The translations under genes and the position numbers were made by a program. A stretch of 42,970 nucleotides of DNA from Firmicutes bacterium UBA4981 (lineage in GTDB: Bacteria; Bacillota; SHA-98; UBA4971): contig DGZL01000138.1 of the NCBI GenBank assembly GCA_002398515.1, forward strand, positions 12,302 to 55,271. The letters are read 5' to 3'. Positions 16,054 through 23,816 of the stretch are shown here, one piece after another. The notes under the pieces were generated by a model. That model was not told the origin of the DNA. It searched no databases and was given only the letters and a program-made list of their open reading frames with translations. The number at the start of each line of letters is the position of its first letter. The stretch's first letter is position 1.

Positions 16054-17064
16054 GTGGCGTCAAAGAAGATCGGCAAAGCGACTGTTAAGTTCACAAATCC
16101 CCCGATAATTGCCGGGACAGGCACTATAGTAGGGCCTATGGAAGGGCGCGGGCCCCTCGCCAAGGATATTGACGTGATATTGCCTGATTTGACTTTTGGG
16201 GAAAAGACGGGGGAAAGAAGTGAGCGCAAACTCTTGGAGCAGGCTGCCCAGATTGCCATAGAACGCTCAGGCATTGACAAAGGCATGATAGACTACTACA
16301 TTGCAGGTGATCTCTTAAATCAGATTATTTCGGCTAGTTTTTCCGCAAGACAACTGGCTATACCTTTTATCGGAGTGTACGGGGCATGCTCCACGTGTTC
16401 TATGGGAACAACTCTCGGAGGCATGATCATTGACGGTGGGTTTGCTGACTATGTTCTGGTGGCATGCTCAAGTCATTATCAAACAGCGGAGCGACAGTTT
16501 CGGTATCCAATAGAACTGAATATTCAACACAAGGCTACGTCCCAGTATACTGTGACAGGCGCAGGCGCCTTGGTCCTGGCGTCGTCCGGGAACGGGCCAA
16601 GGGTTACTTGGGCTACTACCGGCAGGGTAATAGATCTCGGGGTGAAAGATCCATACAACTTAGGCGCTGCCATGGCGCCGGCTGCTTGCGACACGCTGCT
16701 GAGGCATGTAGCTGACACCGGATGCGCTCCTGACATGTATGACCTGATTCTCACAGGAGATCTCGGCAGTCTTGGATCCCAACTCTTTGCAGAGTTGGCA
16801 AAAGACGCAGGTTGTAATGTTGGGAACAATTACAATGATTGCGGCCTCATGATCTTTGACACAAAGACTCAGCGAGTGGGGTCCGGGGCGAGTGGGTGCG
16901 CGTGCGCAGCCGTTGTTACGTTCGGCCACGTATTGAAAGAGATGGAGAGAGGAAACCTGAAGAAGATCCTACTGATAGCCACCGGCGCCTTGCTGAGCCC
17001 GTTAAGCTTTCAGCAGGGAGAGAGTATTCCCGGTGTAGGCCATGCTATTGTAATCGAGTTGTAG
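16054..17064 (+). CDS. spoVAD: stage V sporulation protein AD (thiolase-fold, DPA-binding)
   Basis: Contains F.NPPIIAGTGTIVGPMEGRGPLAKDIDVILPD..FGEKT.ERSERKLLEQA and ACSTCSMG. It is 336 aa and lies between spoVAC and spoVAE. Confidence 0.85.
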   Translation: MASKKIGKATVKFTNPPIIAGTGTIVGPMEGRGPLAKDIDVILPDLTFGEKTGERSERKLLEQAAQIAIERSGIDKGMIDYYIAGDLLNQIISASFSARQLAIPFIGVYGACSTCSMGTTLGGMIIDGGFADYVLVACSSHYQTAERQFRYPIELNIQHKATSQYTVTGAGALVLASSGNGPRVTWATTGRVIDLGVKDPYNLGAAMAPAACDTLLRHVADTGCAPDMYDLILTGDLGSLGSQLFAELAKDAGCNVGNNYNDCGLMIFDTKTQRVGSGASGCACAAVVTFGHVLKEMERGNLKKILLIATGALLSPLSFQQGESIPGVGHAIVIEL

Positions 17065-17080
17065 AAAGAAGGGTTAACCT

Positions 17081-17431
17081 GTGGACTACATTATCGCGTT
17101 TCTCATCGGAGGGTTTATCTGCGGTATAGGCCAGTTGATACTGGACTTCACAACTCTCACACCCGGACACATGCTCGTGTTGCTTACAGTGATAGGTGCT
17201 CTTGCAGGAGGTTTCGGACTTTACCAGCCTTTTCTCTCATTTGCAAAAGCAGGCGCACTGGTGCCGGTTACCGGATTCGGGGCGTCCATTGCCAAAGGGT
17301 CTCTGTTGGAGGCAGAGAGAACCGGCATTATCGGCTTGTTTACAGGGGCATTTGAGTTTACAGGGCAAGGGCTGGCAGTAGCCGTTTTCTTCAGCGCCAT
17401 CGCTGCCCTCTTCTTCAGTCCACGGTCCTGA
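17081..17431 (+). CDS. spoVAE: stage V sporulation protein AE (SpoVAEB type)
   Basis: 116 aa. Contains IIAFLIGGFICGIGQLILDFT..TPGH and GALVPVTGFGASIAKG, typical of SpoVAEB. Confidence 0.85.
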   Translation: MDYIIAFLIGGFICGIGQLILDFTTLTPGHMLVLLTVIGALAGGFGLYQPFLSFAKAGALVPVTGFGASIAKGSLLEAERTGIIGLFTGAFEFTGQGLAVAVFFSAIAALFFSPRS

Positions 17432-17495
17432 TTATGGCACCTGTAGTTTGCGCTACATATCCGGGCGTTCGGGTAAAGGAAGGTGTCAATCCTCT

Positions 17496-18515
17496 GTGAA
17501 AGAGACTATAGGGTTCCCTCGGGCACTCCTATATTACTATTATTATCCGGCTTGGAGGTCGTTTTTTGAATCCCTTGGCCAGACTTGTCAAGTCTCAGGC
17601 AAGACCACCAAGGCGGTGATAGACTCAGGGATTAGGGTTACAGTAGACGAGGCGTGTTTGCCTGTCAAAGCTTTTCATGGTCATGTGCTGAGCCTCTCCG
17701 GCGCATGTGACAGGGTATTCGTTCCGAGACTGGTTTCCGTTGAGAAGAAGGCTTACATATGCCCGAAGCTAATGGGCCTTCCTGACATGGTAAGACACAA
17801 CTGTAAAGGCATCCGGCAAATAATCGACCCTTGCATTGACATGAGCCGTAACTCCCGGGCATATATAAAAGAGCTCTATGCCACCGGTAGGCTATTCACA
17901 CGGAATCCACTGAAGATATCTGTTGCAAGGCGAAAGGCAAAACAAGCATATGAAGTGTTTGTCCGGCTTCTCCAGGCAGGGCTGACGCCCATTGATGCCA
18001 TGGCAAAGCAGGACTTCCATCTTCTGCAGTACTTCCGGGATTCCGGCACATCCTGTAATACGCTGTCAAGACATGACGAAGACGTTCGGTCCCCGATCAT
18101 TGGCGTTCTGGGCCATCCCTATATCCTTTATGACTCATTTCTAGGAATGAACGTTTTGGACAGGCTCCACCTGATGGGTGCAAAAGTAGTGACTATGGAC
18201 ATGCTGCAGCCTGCAGTTGTCGAACAGGCGGCAGCAAAGTCCCAAAAGAGGGTGTTCTGGACCATAGGCAGACGGTTGCTTGGGGCCGGCTACTACTTTC
18301 TGATGCCGGGAACTGTGGACGGTTGCCTCCAAATGAGCGCCTTCGCTTGCGGACCTGATTCTTTCATCGGCGAGCTTTTGCAACAAGAATCTGCAAGGAG
18401 CAAGCAGAAGGTGCCGTTTATGACGATCATAGTTGATGAACACACAGGAGAAGCCGGTGTCCTAACCAGGCTTGAGGCTTTTATGGATATTGTGGAGAGG
18501 TCAATGCTAAGGTGA
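17496..18515 (+). CDS. DUF2229-type 'acyl-CoA dehydratase activase-related' subunit A (substrate unknown)
   Basis: ORF 17448..18515. GTG 17496 follows AAGGAAGGTG. Contains IGFPRALLYYYYYPAWRSFFESLG, DEACLPVK, GHPYILYD, FACGPDS and the C-terminal IVDEHTGEAGVLTRLEAFMDIV. Confidence 0.7.
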   Translation: MKETIGFPRALLYYYYYPAWRSFFESLGQTCQVSGKTTKAVIDSGIRVTVDEACLPVKAFHGHVLSLSGACDRVFVPRLVSVEKKAYICPKLMGLPDMVRHNCKGIRQIIDPCIDMSRNSRAYIKELYATGRLFTRNPLKISVARRKAKQAYEVFVRLLQAGLTPIDAMAKQDFHLLQYFRDSGTSCNTLSRHDEDVRSPIIGVLGHPYILYDSFLGMNVLDRLHLMGAKVVTMDMLQPAVVEQAAAKSQKRVFWTIGRRLLGAGYYFLMPGTVDGCLQMSAFACGPDSFIGELLQQESARSKQKVPFMTIIVDEHTGEAGVLTRLEAFMDIVERSMLR

Positions 18516-19600
18516 AACTGACCTTTGCACGTCTTGGTAATTTTCACATCGCGGCGAAAGCTCTTTTTGAAGCGCTGGGAATTGACGTGGTGTTGCCTCC
18601 GCCTCCTACCAAACGCACAATGTCCCTGGGTTCGCTCAACTCTCCTGAATTCGCTTGTCTTCCGCTGAAAATGAATATTGGAAACTACTTGGAAGCCTTG
18701 GAGAAAGGGGCAGATACTATTGTAATGGTAGGTGGTATAGGTCCGTGCCGCCTTGGATTATACGGCGAAGTCCAAAGGCAAATCCTGGAAGGGATCGGAT
18801 GCGATTTCAAGATGATTGTTGTGGAGCCTCCACAAGGGAGACCGGACCGCGTCTTTCGGCAATTGTTCGAGATTACGGGAGCGCAACGTATCTCACAGTA
18901 TGTTGGAGCTCTGCGTCTGGGCTGGAGTAAACTCACTGCCATAGACTCTCTGGAGAAGCTTGCTCTCAGACTCCGCCCGTTTGAGGAGTCAAAAGGTGAT
19001 ATCTCGTTTGCCTATGAAGCCACTTTGAAGCGCATAGATGAGGCGGGTAGCCCGAAAGAGGTAGCGTCTGCCTTGGAGAACGGACAAGCAGCAATGAAGT
19101 CCGCCTGCAAGAAGACAGACTCGGACAAGCCGGGCATCGGTATTGTGGGAGAAGTGTTCATGGTTCTCGAACCTTTTGCCAACTGTGAGATTGAGAAGCG
19201 CTTGGGGGAGATGGGGGTCGTAGTGCATAGGTCAATTTATCTCAGTGATTGGGTGATGGAACATGTAGTAAAGGACGTGTTTCGCATTTTGCGAAAATCC
19301 AAGCTTCCATATGAATTGGCTAGGCCGTATTTATGTCACTTCGTCGGTGGCCACGGCGTGGAGACCATAGCGTCTACCGTAGACTACGCCAGGCAGGGGC
19401 TGGACGGGGTAATTCAGGTAGCTCCGTTTACATGTATGCCTGAGATCATAGCTCAAGATCTACTGCCTACAGTCTCGAGGGATCTTGGTATTCCCGTAAT
19501 GACCCTTGTTCTGGATGAGCATTCGTCCGGCACCGGGGTGTTGACGCGTCTTGAGGCTTTTGTTGACTTGGTTAGAATGTCACGCCGCTCCAGGAGGTGA
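18512..19600 (+). CDS. DUF2229/HGD-D-like subunit B, paralogue of subunit A (substrate unknown)
   Basis: GTG overlaps the upstream TGA (GTGA at 18512-18515). Contains PEFACLPLKMNIG, GGIGPCRLGLYGE, APFTCMPE and the C-terminal VLDEHSSGTGVLTRLEAFVDLV. Confidence 0.7.
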   Translation: MKLTFARLGNFHIAAKALFEALGIDVVLPPPPTKRTMSLGSLNSPEFACLPLKMNIGNYLEALEKGADTIVMVGGIGPCRLGLYGEVQRQILEGIGCDFKMIVVEPPQGRPDRVFRQLFEITGAQRISQYVGALRLGWSKLTAIDSLEKLALRLRPFEESKGDISFAYEATLKRIDEAGSPKEVASALENGQAAMKSACKKTDSDKPGIGIVGEVFMVLEPFANCEIEKRLGEMGVVVHRSIYLSDWVMEHVVKDVFRILRKSKLPYELARPYLCHFVGGHGVETIASTVDYARQGLDGVIQVAPFTCMPEIIAQDLLPTVSRDLGIPVMTLVLDEHSSGTGVLTRLEAFVDLVRMSRRSRR

Positions 19601-19606
19601 TTCCCG

Positions 19607-20566
19607 GTGGCAGGCTCAGGTTATCTGGGAGTGGATGTCGGTTCTGTCAGCACTAACTTAGTGCTGATAGATGAGAGAGGAGTGTTACAGGAGAAACTTT
19701 ACCTGAGGACTCAGGGAGATCCGATAAGCGCTGTGAAAGAAGGGATGAGGCGTCTTGCAGCTGTCGCAGGGGATACTGAAATCCTCGGGGTAGGAACATC
19801 AGGCAGCGGCAGGAAGCTGGCAGGAGTCATCCTTGGCGCTGATTGCATCAAGAATGAGATTACCGCTCATGCAGTAGCTGCCAATTGCCGGGTGCCAGGG
19901 GTGCAAACAGTAATTGAAATCGGCGGCCAAGACTCGAAAATCATCATTCTCAGGCAAGGGATTGTCATTGACTTCGCCATGAATACTGTATGTGCAGCAG
20001 GCACAGGCTCTTTCTTGGAGCAACAAGCAGCAAGGCTGGGTATAGCCATAGATCAATTCGGCAAACTTGCGCTCGGGGCGGTAACCCCTGTAAGAATTGC
20101 AGGTAGATGTGCAGTGTTTGCTGAGTCCGACATGATACACAAGCAGCAAATGGGACACAGGATTGAAGACATAATCTCAGGCCTGTGCGAGGCCCTTGTC
20201 CGAAACTACCTGAATAACGTCGGGAAAGGAAAAATCATTGAACCGCCTGTGGTTTTCCAAGGAGGCGTTGCTGCTAATGCCGGTATGAAAGCTGCTTTTG
20301 AGAAGGAACTAGGCACACAAGTTATCGTACCTGAACATTATGATGTGATGGGAGCCTTAGGCGCTGCGCTAATGGCCATAGAGGAAAAGAACAGAAAAGA
20401 CGGGCAATCTGCGTTTCGTGGATTTGCTGCCCTTAACAGAGACTACGCTACCCGGACTTTTGAATGTAAGGGCTGTCCGAATCTTTGTGAGATCGTAAAT
20501 ATTACTATGGACAATGAGACTATTGCCCGATGGGGTTCCAGATGCGGCAGGTGGGATTCACTGTAA
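19607..20566 (+). CDS. BcrAD/BadFG-family ATPase (CoA-substrate-specific enzyme 'activase' type) with a Cys-rich C-terminal tail
   Basis: Contains YLGVDVGSVSTNLVLID (phosphate-1), VIEIGGQDSKII, NTVCAAGTGSF and GRCAVFAESD (the two cluster-bridging Cys positions of HgdC-like activators), and FQGGVAANAGM. The tail reads FECKGCPNLCEIV...RWGSRCGRWD. Confidence 0.8.
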   Translation: MAGSGYLGVDVGSVSTNLVLIDERGVLQEKLYLRTQGDPISAVKEGMRRLAAVAGDTEILGVGTSGSGRKLAGVILGADCIKNEITAHAVAANCRVPGVQTVIEIGGQDSKIIILRQGIVIDFAMNTVCAAGTGSFLEQQAARLGIAIDQFGKLALGAVTPVRIAGRCAVFAESDMIHKQQMGHRIEDIISGLCEALVRNYLNNVGKGKIIEPPVVFQGGVAANAGMKAAFEKELGTQVIVPEHYDVMGALGAALMAIEEKNRKDGQSAFRGFAALNRDYATRTFECKGCPNLCEIVNITMDNETIARWGSRCGRWDSL

Positions 20567-20603
20567 ATGACGGACGAAATCAGCCACAAAGCAACGAACT
20601 CCC

Positions 20604-20632
20604 TTGACCCCAGGTAGCTTGCATGCTATTAT
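20604..20632 (+). promoter_or_regulatory. sigma-A-type promoter in the activase-lysA spacer
   Basis: TTGACC (20604-20609), exactly 17 nt, then TATTAT (20627-20632). Confidence 0.5.
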
Positions 20633-20716
20633 GTGAAACAAGCTATCCCTTGGATCAGAACGGAATTGATGGCATAGGTAAGATGAACTATCACTAATAC
20701 CAAGAGACGCAAACTT

Positions 20717-20745
20717 GCGGACAGGGGGGCTAGTCCGCTGTTTTT
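20717..20745 (+). terminator. terminator-like hairpin + U-tract inside the lysA leader (attenuator or sRNA 3' end)
   Basis: GCGGAC (20717-20722), a 10-nt loop (2 further bp possible with a bulge), GTCCGC (20733-20738), then TGTTTTT (20739-20745). It lies about 85 nt downstream of the promoter -10 and 17 nt before the lysA start. Confidence 0.45.
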
Positions 20746-20762
20746 GGATGGGAGAGGCTGAA

Positions 20763-22130
20763 TTGGAGCTATATGGGTCTATGCAGATTACAAGTGACGG
20801 GGAGTTAGTGATAGGTGGTTGCCGTGTTACGCGCCTTGCAAGGGATTTCGGCACTCCCCTTCACATCATGGACGAAGAGATGATGCGGTCTAAGTGCCGG
20901 GATATGAGGATGTCGCTTCAAAAGTACTATCCTAAAGTCTTTGTGGCATACGCAAGTAAGGCCTTCTGTACTCTTGCCATGTGCAGGCTGATCCAAGAAG
21001 AGTCGTTAGGCCTTGATGTGTGTTCCGGAGGAGAACTTTTCACAGCCCTTGAAGCCGGGATTCCTCCGGAGAATGTGCTATTTCATGGGAACTGTAAAAC
21101 CCCCAGAGAAATAGAAATGGGAGTCAGGGTCGGCGTGGGAAGATTCATCGTAGATAACCTCGACGAGCTTGACTTGCTTTCTGAGATATCACGCAAGTTC
21201 AGAAGAAGAGCGCATGTTCAGATCCGTCTCAATCCCGGGGTGGAAGCACATACGCATGACTATATACAGACAGGCCTCATAGATTCCAAGTTTGGGCTTG
21301 GAGTAACTGACGGGCAGGCTATGAAAGCAGTGGAACGAGTACTGGCTTCAGAATATCTCGTTCTCGAAGGAGTCCATAGCCATATAGGGTCTCAAATACT
21401 TACCGTAGAGCCTTACGTATTGGCAACTAACGTTGTCATGGACTTTGTCGGAGATGTGAAAGAGAAATATGGGTACAGTCTACGTGAAGTGAACCTCGGA
21501 GGCGGATTCGGTGTCAGGTACAGGGCTGCTGATACCCCGCTCTCCCTGGATGAATACTCCAAAAGAGTATCCCAGGTCGTTCGTGAGTCATGTCATATCC
21601 AACGTTTGGACCTTCCGTGTATCACGGTGGAACCCGGTCGTTATATCGTAGGTGAAGCAGGGACCACGCTATATACTGTCTGTGCAATCAAGGATATCCC
21701 CGGAGTCCGAAAATACGTCATGGTAGACGGCGGCATGTCGGAGAATCCCAGAGTCACTTTGTATCAGGCAGAGTACGAGGCAATTTTGGCTAACAGAGCC
21801 TTGGAAGAACCTACTGAGACAGTTTCGATAGCAGGGAAGCATTGTGAAGAAGGGGACATGTTGATTGTCGATGCCAAGATGCCGCAAGCTAAACCCGGTG
21901 ATACACTGGCGATCTTTACTACCGGGGCTTACCATTATTCCATGGCAAGTAATTACAACAGGTATCCCAGGCCGGCAGTGATATTTGCCAGGGCAGGTTT
22001 GGCTGATGTCGTTGTAGAAAGAGAGAGTTACGCGAATCTTTTGGCAAGAGACAGGGTACCGGCACGGTTGGCACAAACCGATGCAAGGGACATTAGTCCT
22101 CATTTGCCTGCGGCGGGTAACCCAGGCTAG
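20763..22130 (+). CDS. lysA: diaminopimelate decarboxylase
   Basis: Contains FGTPLHIMDE, VAYASKAF (PLP Lys region), HGNCKT, GGGFGV, EPGRYIVGEAG and GAYHYSMASNYN. TTG 20763 lies 6 nt after GGGAGAGG. It gives an N-terminus of the same length as B. subtilis LysA up to the ...IGG motif. The longest ORF starts at 20715. Confidence 0.9.
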   Translation: MELYGSMQITSDGELVIGGCRVTRLARDFGTPLHIMDEEMMRSKCRDMRMSLQKYYPKVFVAYASKAFCTLAMCRLIQEESLGLDVCSGGELFTALEAGIPPENVLFHGNCKTPREIEMGVRVGVGRFIVDNLDELDLLSEISRKFRRRAHVQIRLNPGVEAHTHDYIQTGLIDSKFGLGVTDGQAMKAVERVLASEYLVLEGVHSHIGSQILTVEPYVLATNVVMDFVGDVKEKYGYSLREVNLGGGFGVRYRAADTPLSLDEYSKRVSQVVRESCHIQRLDLPCITVEPGRYIVGEAGTTLYTVCAIKDIPGVRKYVMVDGGMSENPRVTLYQAEYEAILANRALEEPTETVSIAGKHCEEGDMLIVDAKMPQAKPGDTLAIFTTGAYHYSMASNYNRYPRPAVIFARAGLADVVVERESYANLLARDRVPARLAQTDARDISPHLPAAGNPG

Positions 22131-22211
22131 GATAGTTCACGCTCGGCCGCATTTTGTGGAAGCTGAACATTCACGCCCGCCCGCAGCGCGAAATAGTGCG
22201 GAGGGAGATAC

Positions 22212-22817
22212 ATGGCTAACTTGTCATCTATGCTTTTAACTTTGCCTATAGTATTGTTGTCACTTACAGTTCATGAATTTGCTCATGCTGCAACTGCCAA
22301 CGTTCTGGGAGATCCTACGCCTCGTTGGGAAGGCCGTCTTACGCTTAATCCTTTGGCTCATTTGGATGTTTTCGGTACTCTGACGCTAATACTTACCCGC
22401 AGATTCGGCTGGGCAAAACCTGTTCCGATAAATCCCGCGTATTTTAAGGATTGGCGGCAGGGAATGGCCCTGGTGGGAGTGGCAGGCCCTCTTTCCAATG
22501 TGGTCTTGGCTTTCATATTCGCTCTTCCGTATAGATTAGGTATACGCATGCCTTATTACCTTGATCTCATTTCGTACTTTGCCATTCTCATAAATCTCGG
22601 CCTTGCGTCATTTAATCTCATTCCGATACCGCCTTTGGACGGCTCAAGGTTACTCCTTGTGTTCTTGAGAGGGAAGAACCTTTACATTTATCAGCAACTG
22701 GAGCAGTACGGTCAGTTCATCCTGCTGCTTCTGATTTTTACAGGGGCTATATCCGTGATAATGCTACCTATCATGAGATTCTTGGCCTTCCTCATTACAG
22801 GCCTAAGAATGTTTTAG
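22212..22817 (+). CDS. site-2 protease family (peptidase M50) membrane metalloprotease
   Basis: HEFAH zinc motif within a TM helix (LTVHEFAHAATA). Contains LNPLAHLD and a second-site NL.PIPPLDGS motif. Polytopic, 201 aa. Confidence 0.75.
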   Translation: MANLSSMLLTLPIVLLSLTVHEFAHAATANVLGDPTPRWEGRLTLNPLAHLDVFGTLTLILTRRFGWAKPVPINPAYFKDWRQGMALVGVAGPLSNVVLAFIFALPYRLGIRMPYYLDLISYFAILINLGLASFNLIPIPPLDGSRLLLVFLRGKNLYIYQQLEQYGQFILLLLIFTGAISVIMLPIMRFLAFLITGLRMF

Positions 22818-22835
22818 ACAAGGGGAGATAGTTCC

Positions 22836-23816
22836 ATGTCGAAACAAAGAATATTCAGTGGCATGAGACCCACCGGAAGACTCCATCTGGGGAATCTCTT
22901 GGGCGCCCTTGACAATTGGGTTCGACTGCAAGATGAGTATGAGTGTGTCTTTGCAGTCGTGGACTGGCATGCGCTTACTACAGGATATGAAAATACCGGC
23001 GAAATTCAGGAGAACACGAGAAACATGGTTATCGATTATTTGTCTGCCGGAATAGATCCTGAAAAGAGCTTGGTAATCAAGCAGTCTGATGTTAAGCAGC
23101 ATGCTGAGTTATCCCTTCTCCTATCCATGATTACGCCCCTCTCGTGGCTGGAAAGGTGCCCTACTTACAAGGAGCAGCTTAGAGAGTTGGAGGGTAGGGA
23201 GATCATGACCCACGGATTCTTAGGGTACCCTGTGCTCATGGCAGCTGACATCCTGGTTTACAAGGCTCAGGTTGTGCCTGTAGGGGAAGATCAGTTGCCT
23301 CACATAGAACTTGCAAGGGAGATTGCAAGACGCTTCAACTTTCTCTATCAACCTGTTTTCCCGGAACCGCAAGAACGTCTCAATGAGGTTGTCCTGCTTC
23401 CCGGTACTGACGGAAGGAAGATGAGTAAGAGCTACCGAAACATCATAGAAATGTCGGCAAGCGCTGAGGAAGTCAAGAATATTGTGGCAAACATGGTTAC
23501 AGACCCCAAAAGGATACGCAGGCGAGATCCTGGTGACCCCGATGTGTGTTCTGTATATGCGTTTCATAAAGTCTTCTCTAAACTGGGTATCGAGGATATT
23601 CGAGAGGGATGCGCAAGTGCAGGCATAGGATGTGTTGAGTGTAAGCGGAAGTTAGCCGAGGCACTCAATGAATACTTAGAGCCGATTCGTGAGAGAAGAG
23701 AGGCTATCCGGAAAAATCCCGGAATTATTGATGAAGTCTTGGAACAAGGGGCAAATTTGGCCACGGTTATTGCAGAGAGTACTCTCGAAGAGGTTAGGCA
23801 GGCGATGAGGATTTGA
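22836..23816 (+). CDS. trpS: tryptophan--tRNA ligase
   Basis: Contains SGMRPTGRLHLGNLLGA (HIGH-like), VDWHALTT, GEDQLPHIELAREIA and KMSKS. The C-terminal region carries four Cys. Confidence 0.9.
   Translation: MSKQRIFSGMRPTGRLHLGNLLGALDNWVRLQDEYECVFAVVDWHALTTGYENTGEIQENTRNMVIDYLSAGIDPEKSLVIKQSDVKQHAELSLLLSMITPLSWLERCPTYKEQLRELEGREIMTHGFLGYPVLMAADILVYKAQVVPVGEDQLPHIELAREIARRFNFLYQPVFPEPQERLNEVVLLPGTDGRKMSKSYRNIIEMSASAEEVKNIVANMVTDPKRIRRRDPGDPDVCSVYAFHKVFSKLGIEDIREGCASAGIGCVECKRKLAEALNEYLEPIRERREAIRKNPGIIDEVLEQGANLATVIAESTLEEVRQAMRI

Noticed and set aside
20703-20716. Possible lysine (L-box) riboswitch upstream of lysA, suggested by AGAGACGCAAACTT.
   Set aside because: Only this 14-mer resembles the L-box 5' core. 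The leader is about 100 nt rather than ~180 nt. I cannot find the other conserved helices or the GGGGAG/GCCGAAG-type segments. It is retained only as an unclassified leader in the findings.
22131-22835. T-box leader for trpS.
   Set aside because: There are only 18 nt between the M50 gene and trpS, and only 81 nt upstream of the M50 gene. This is too short for a T-box, and no specifier-loop or T-box sequence is visible.
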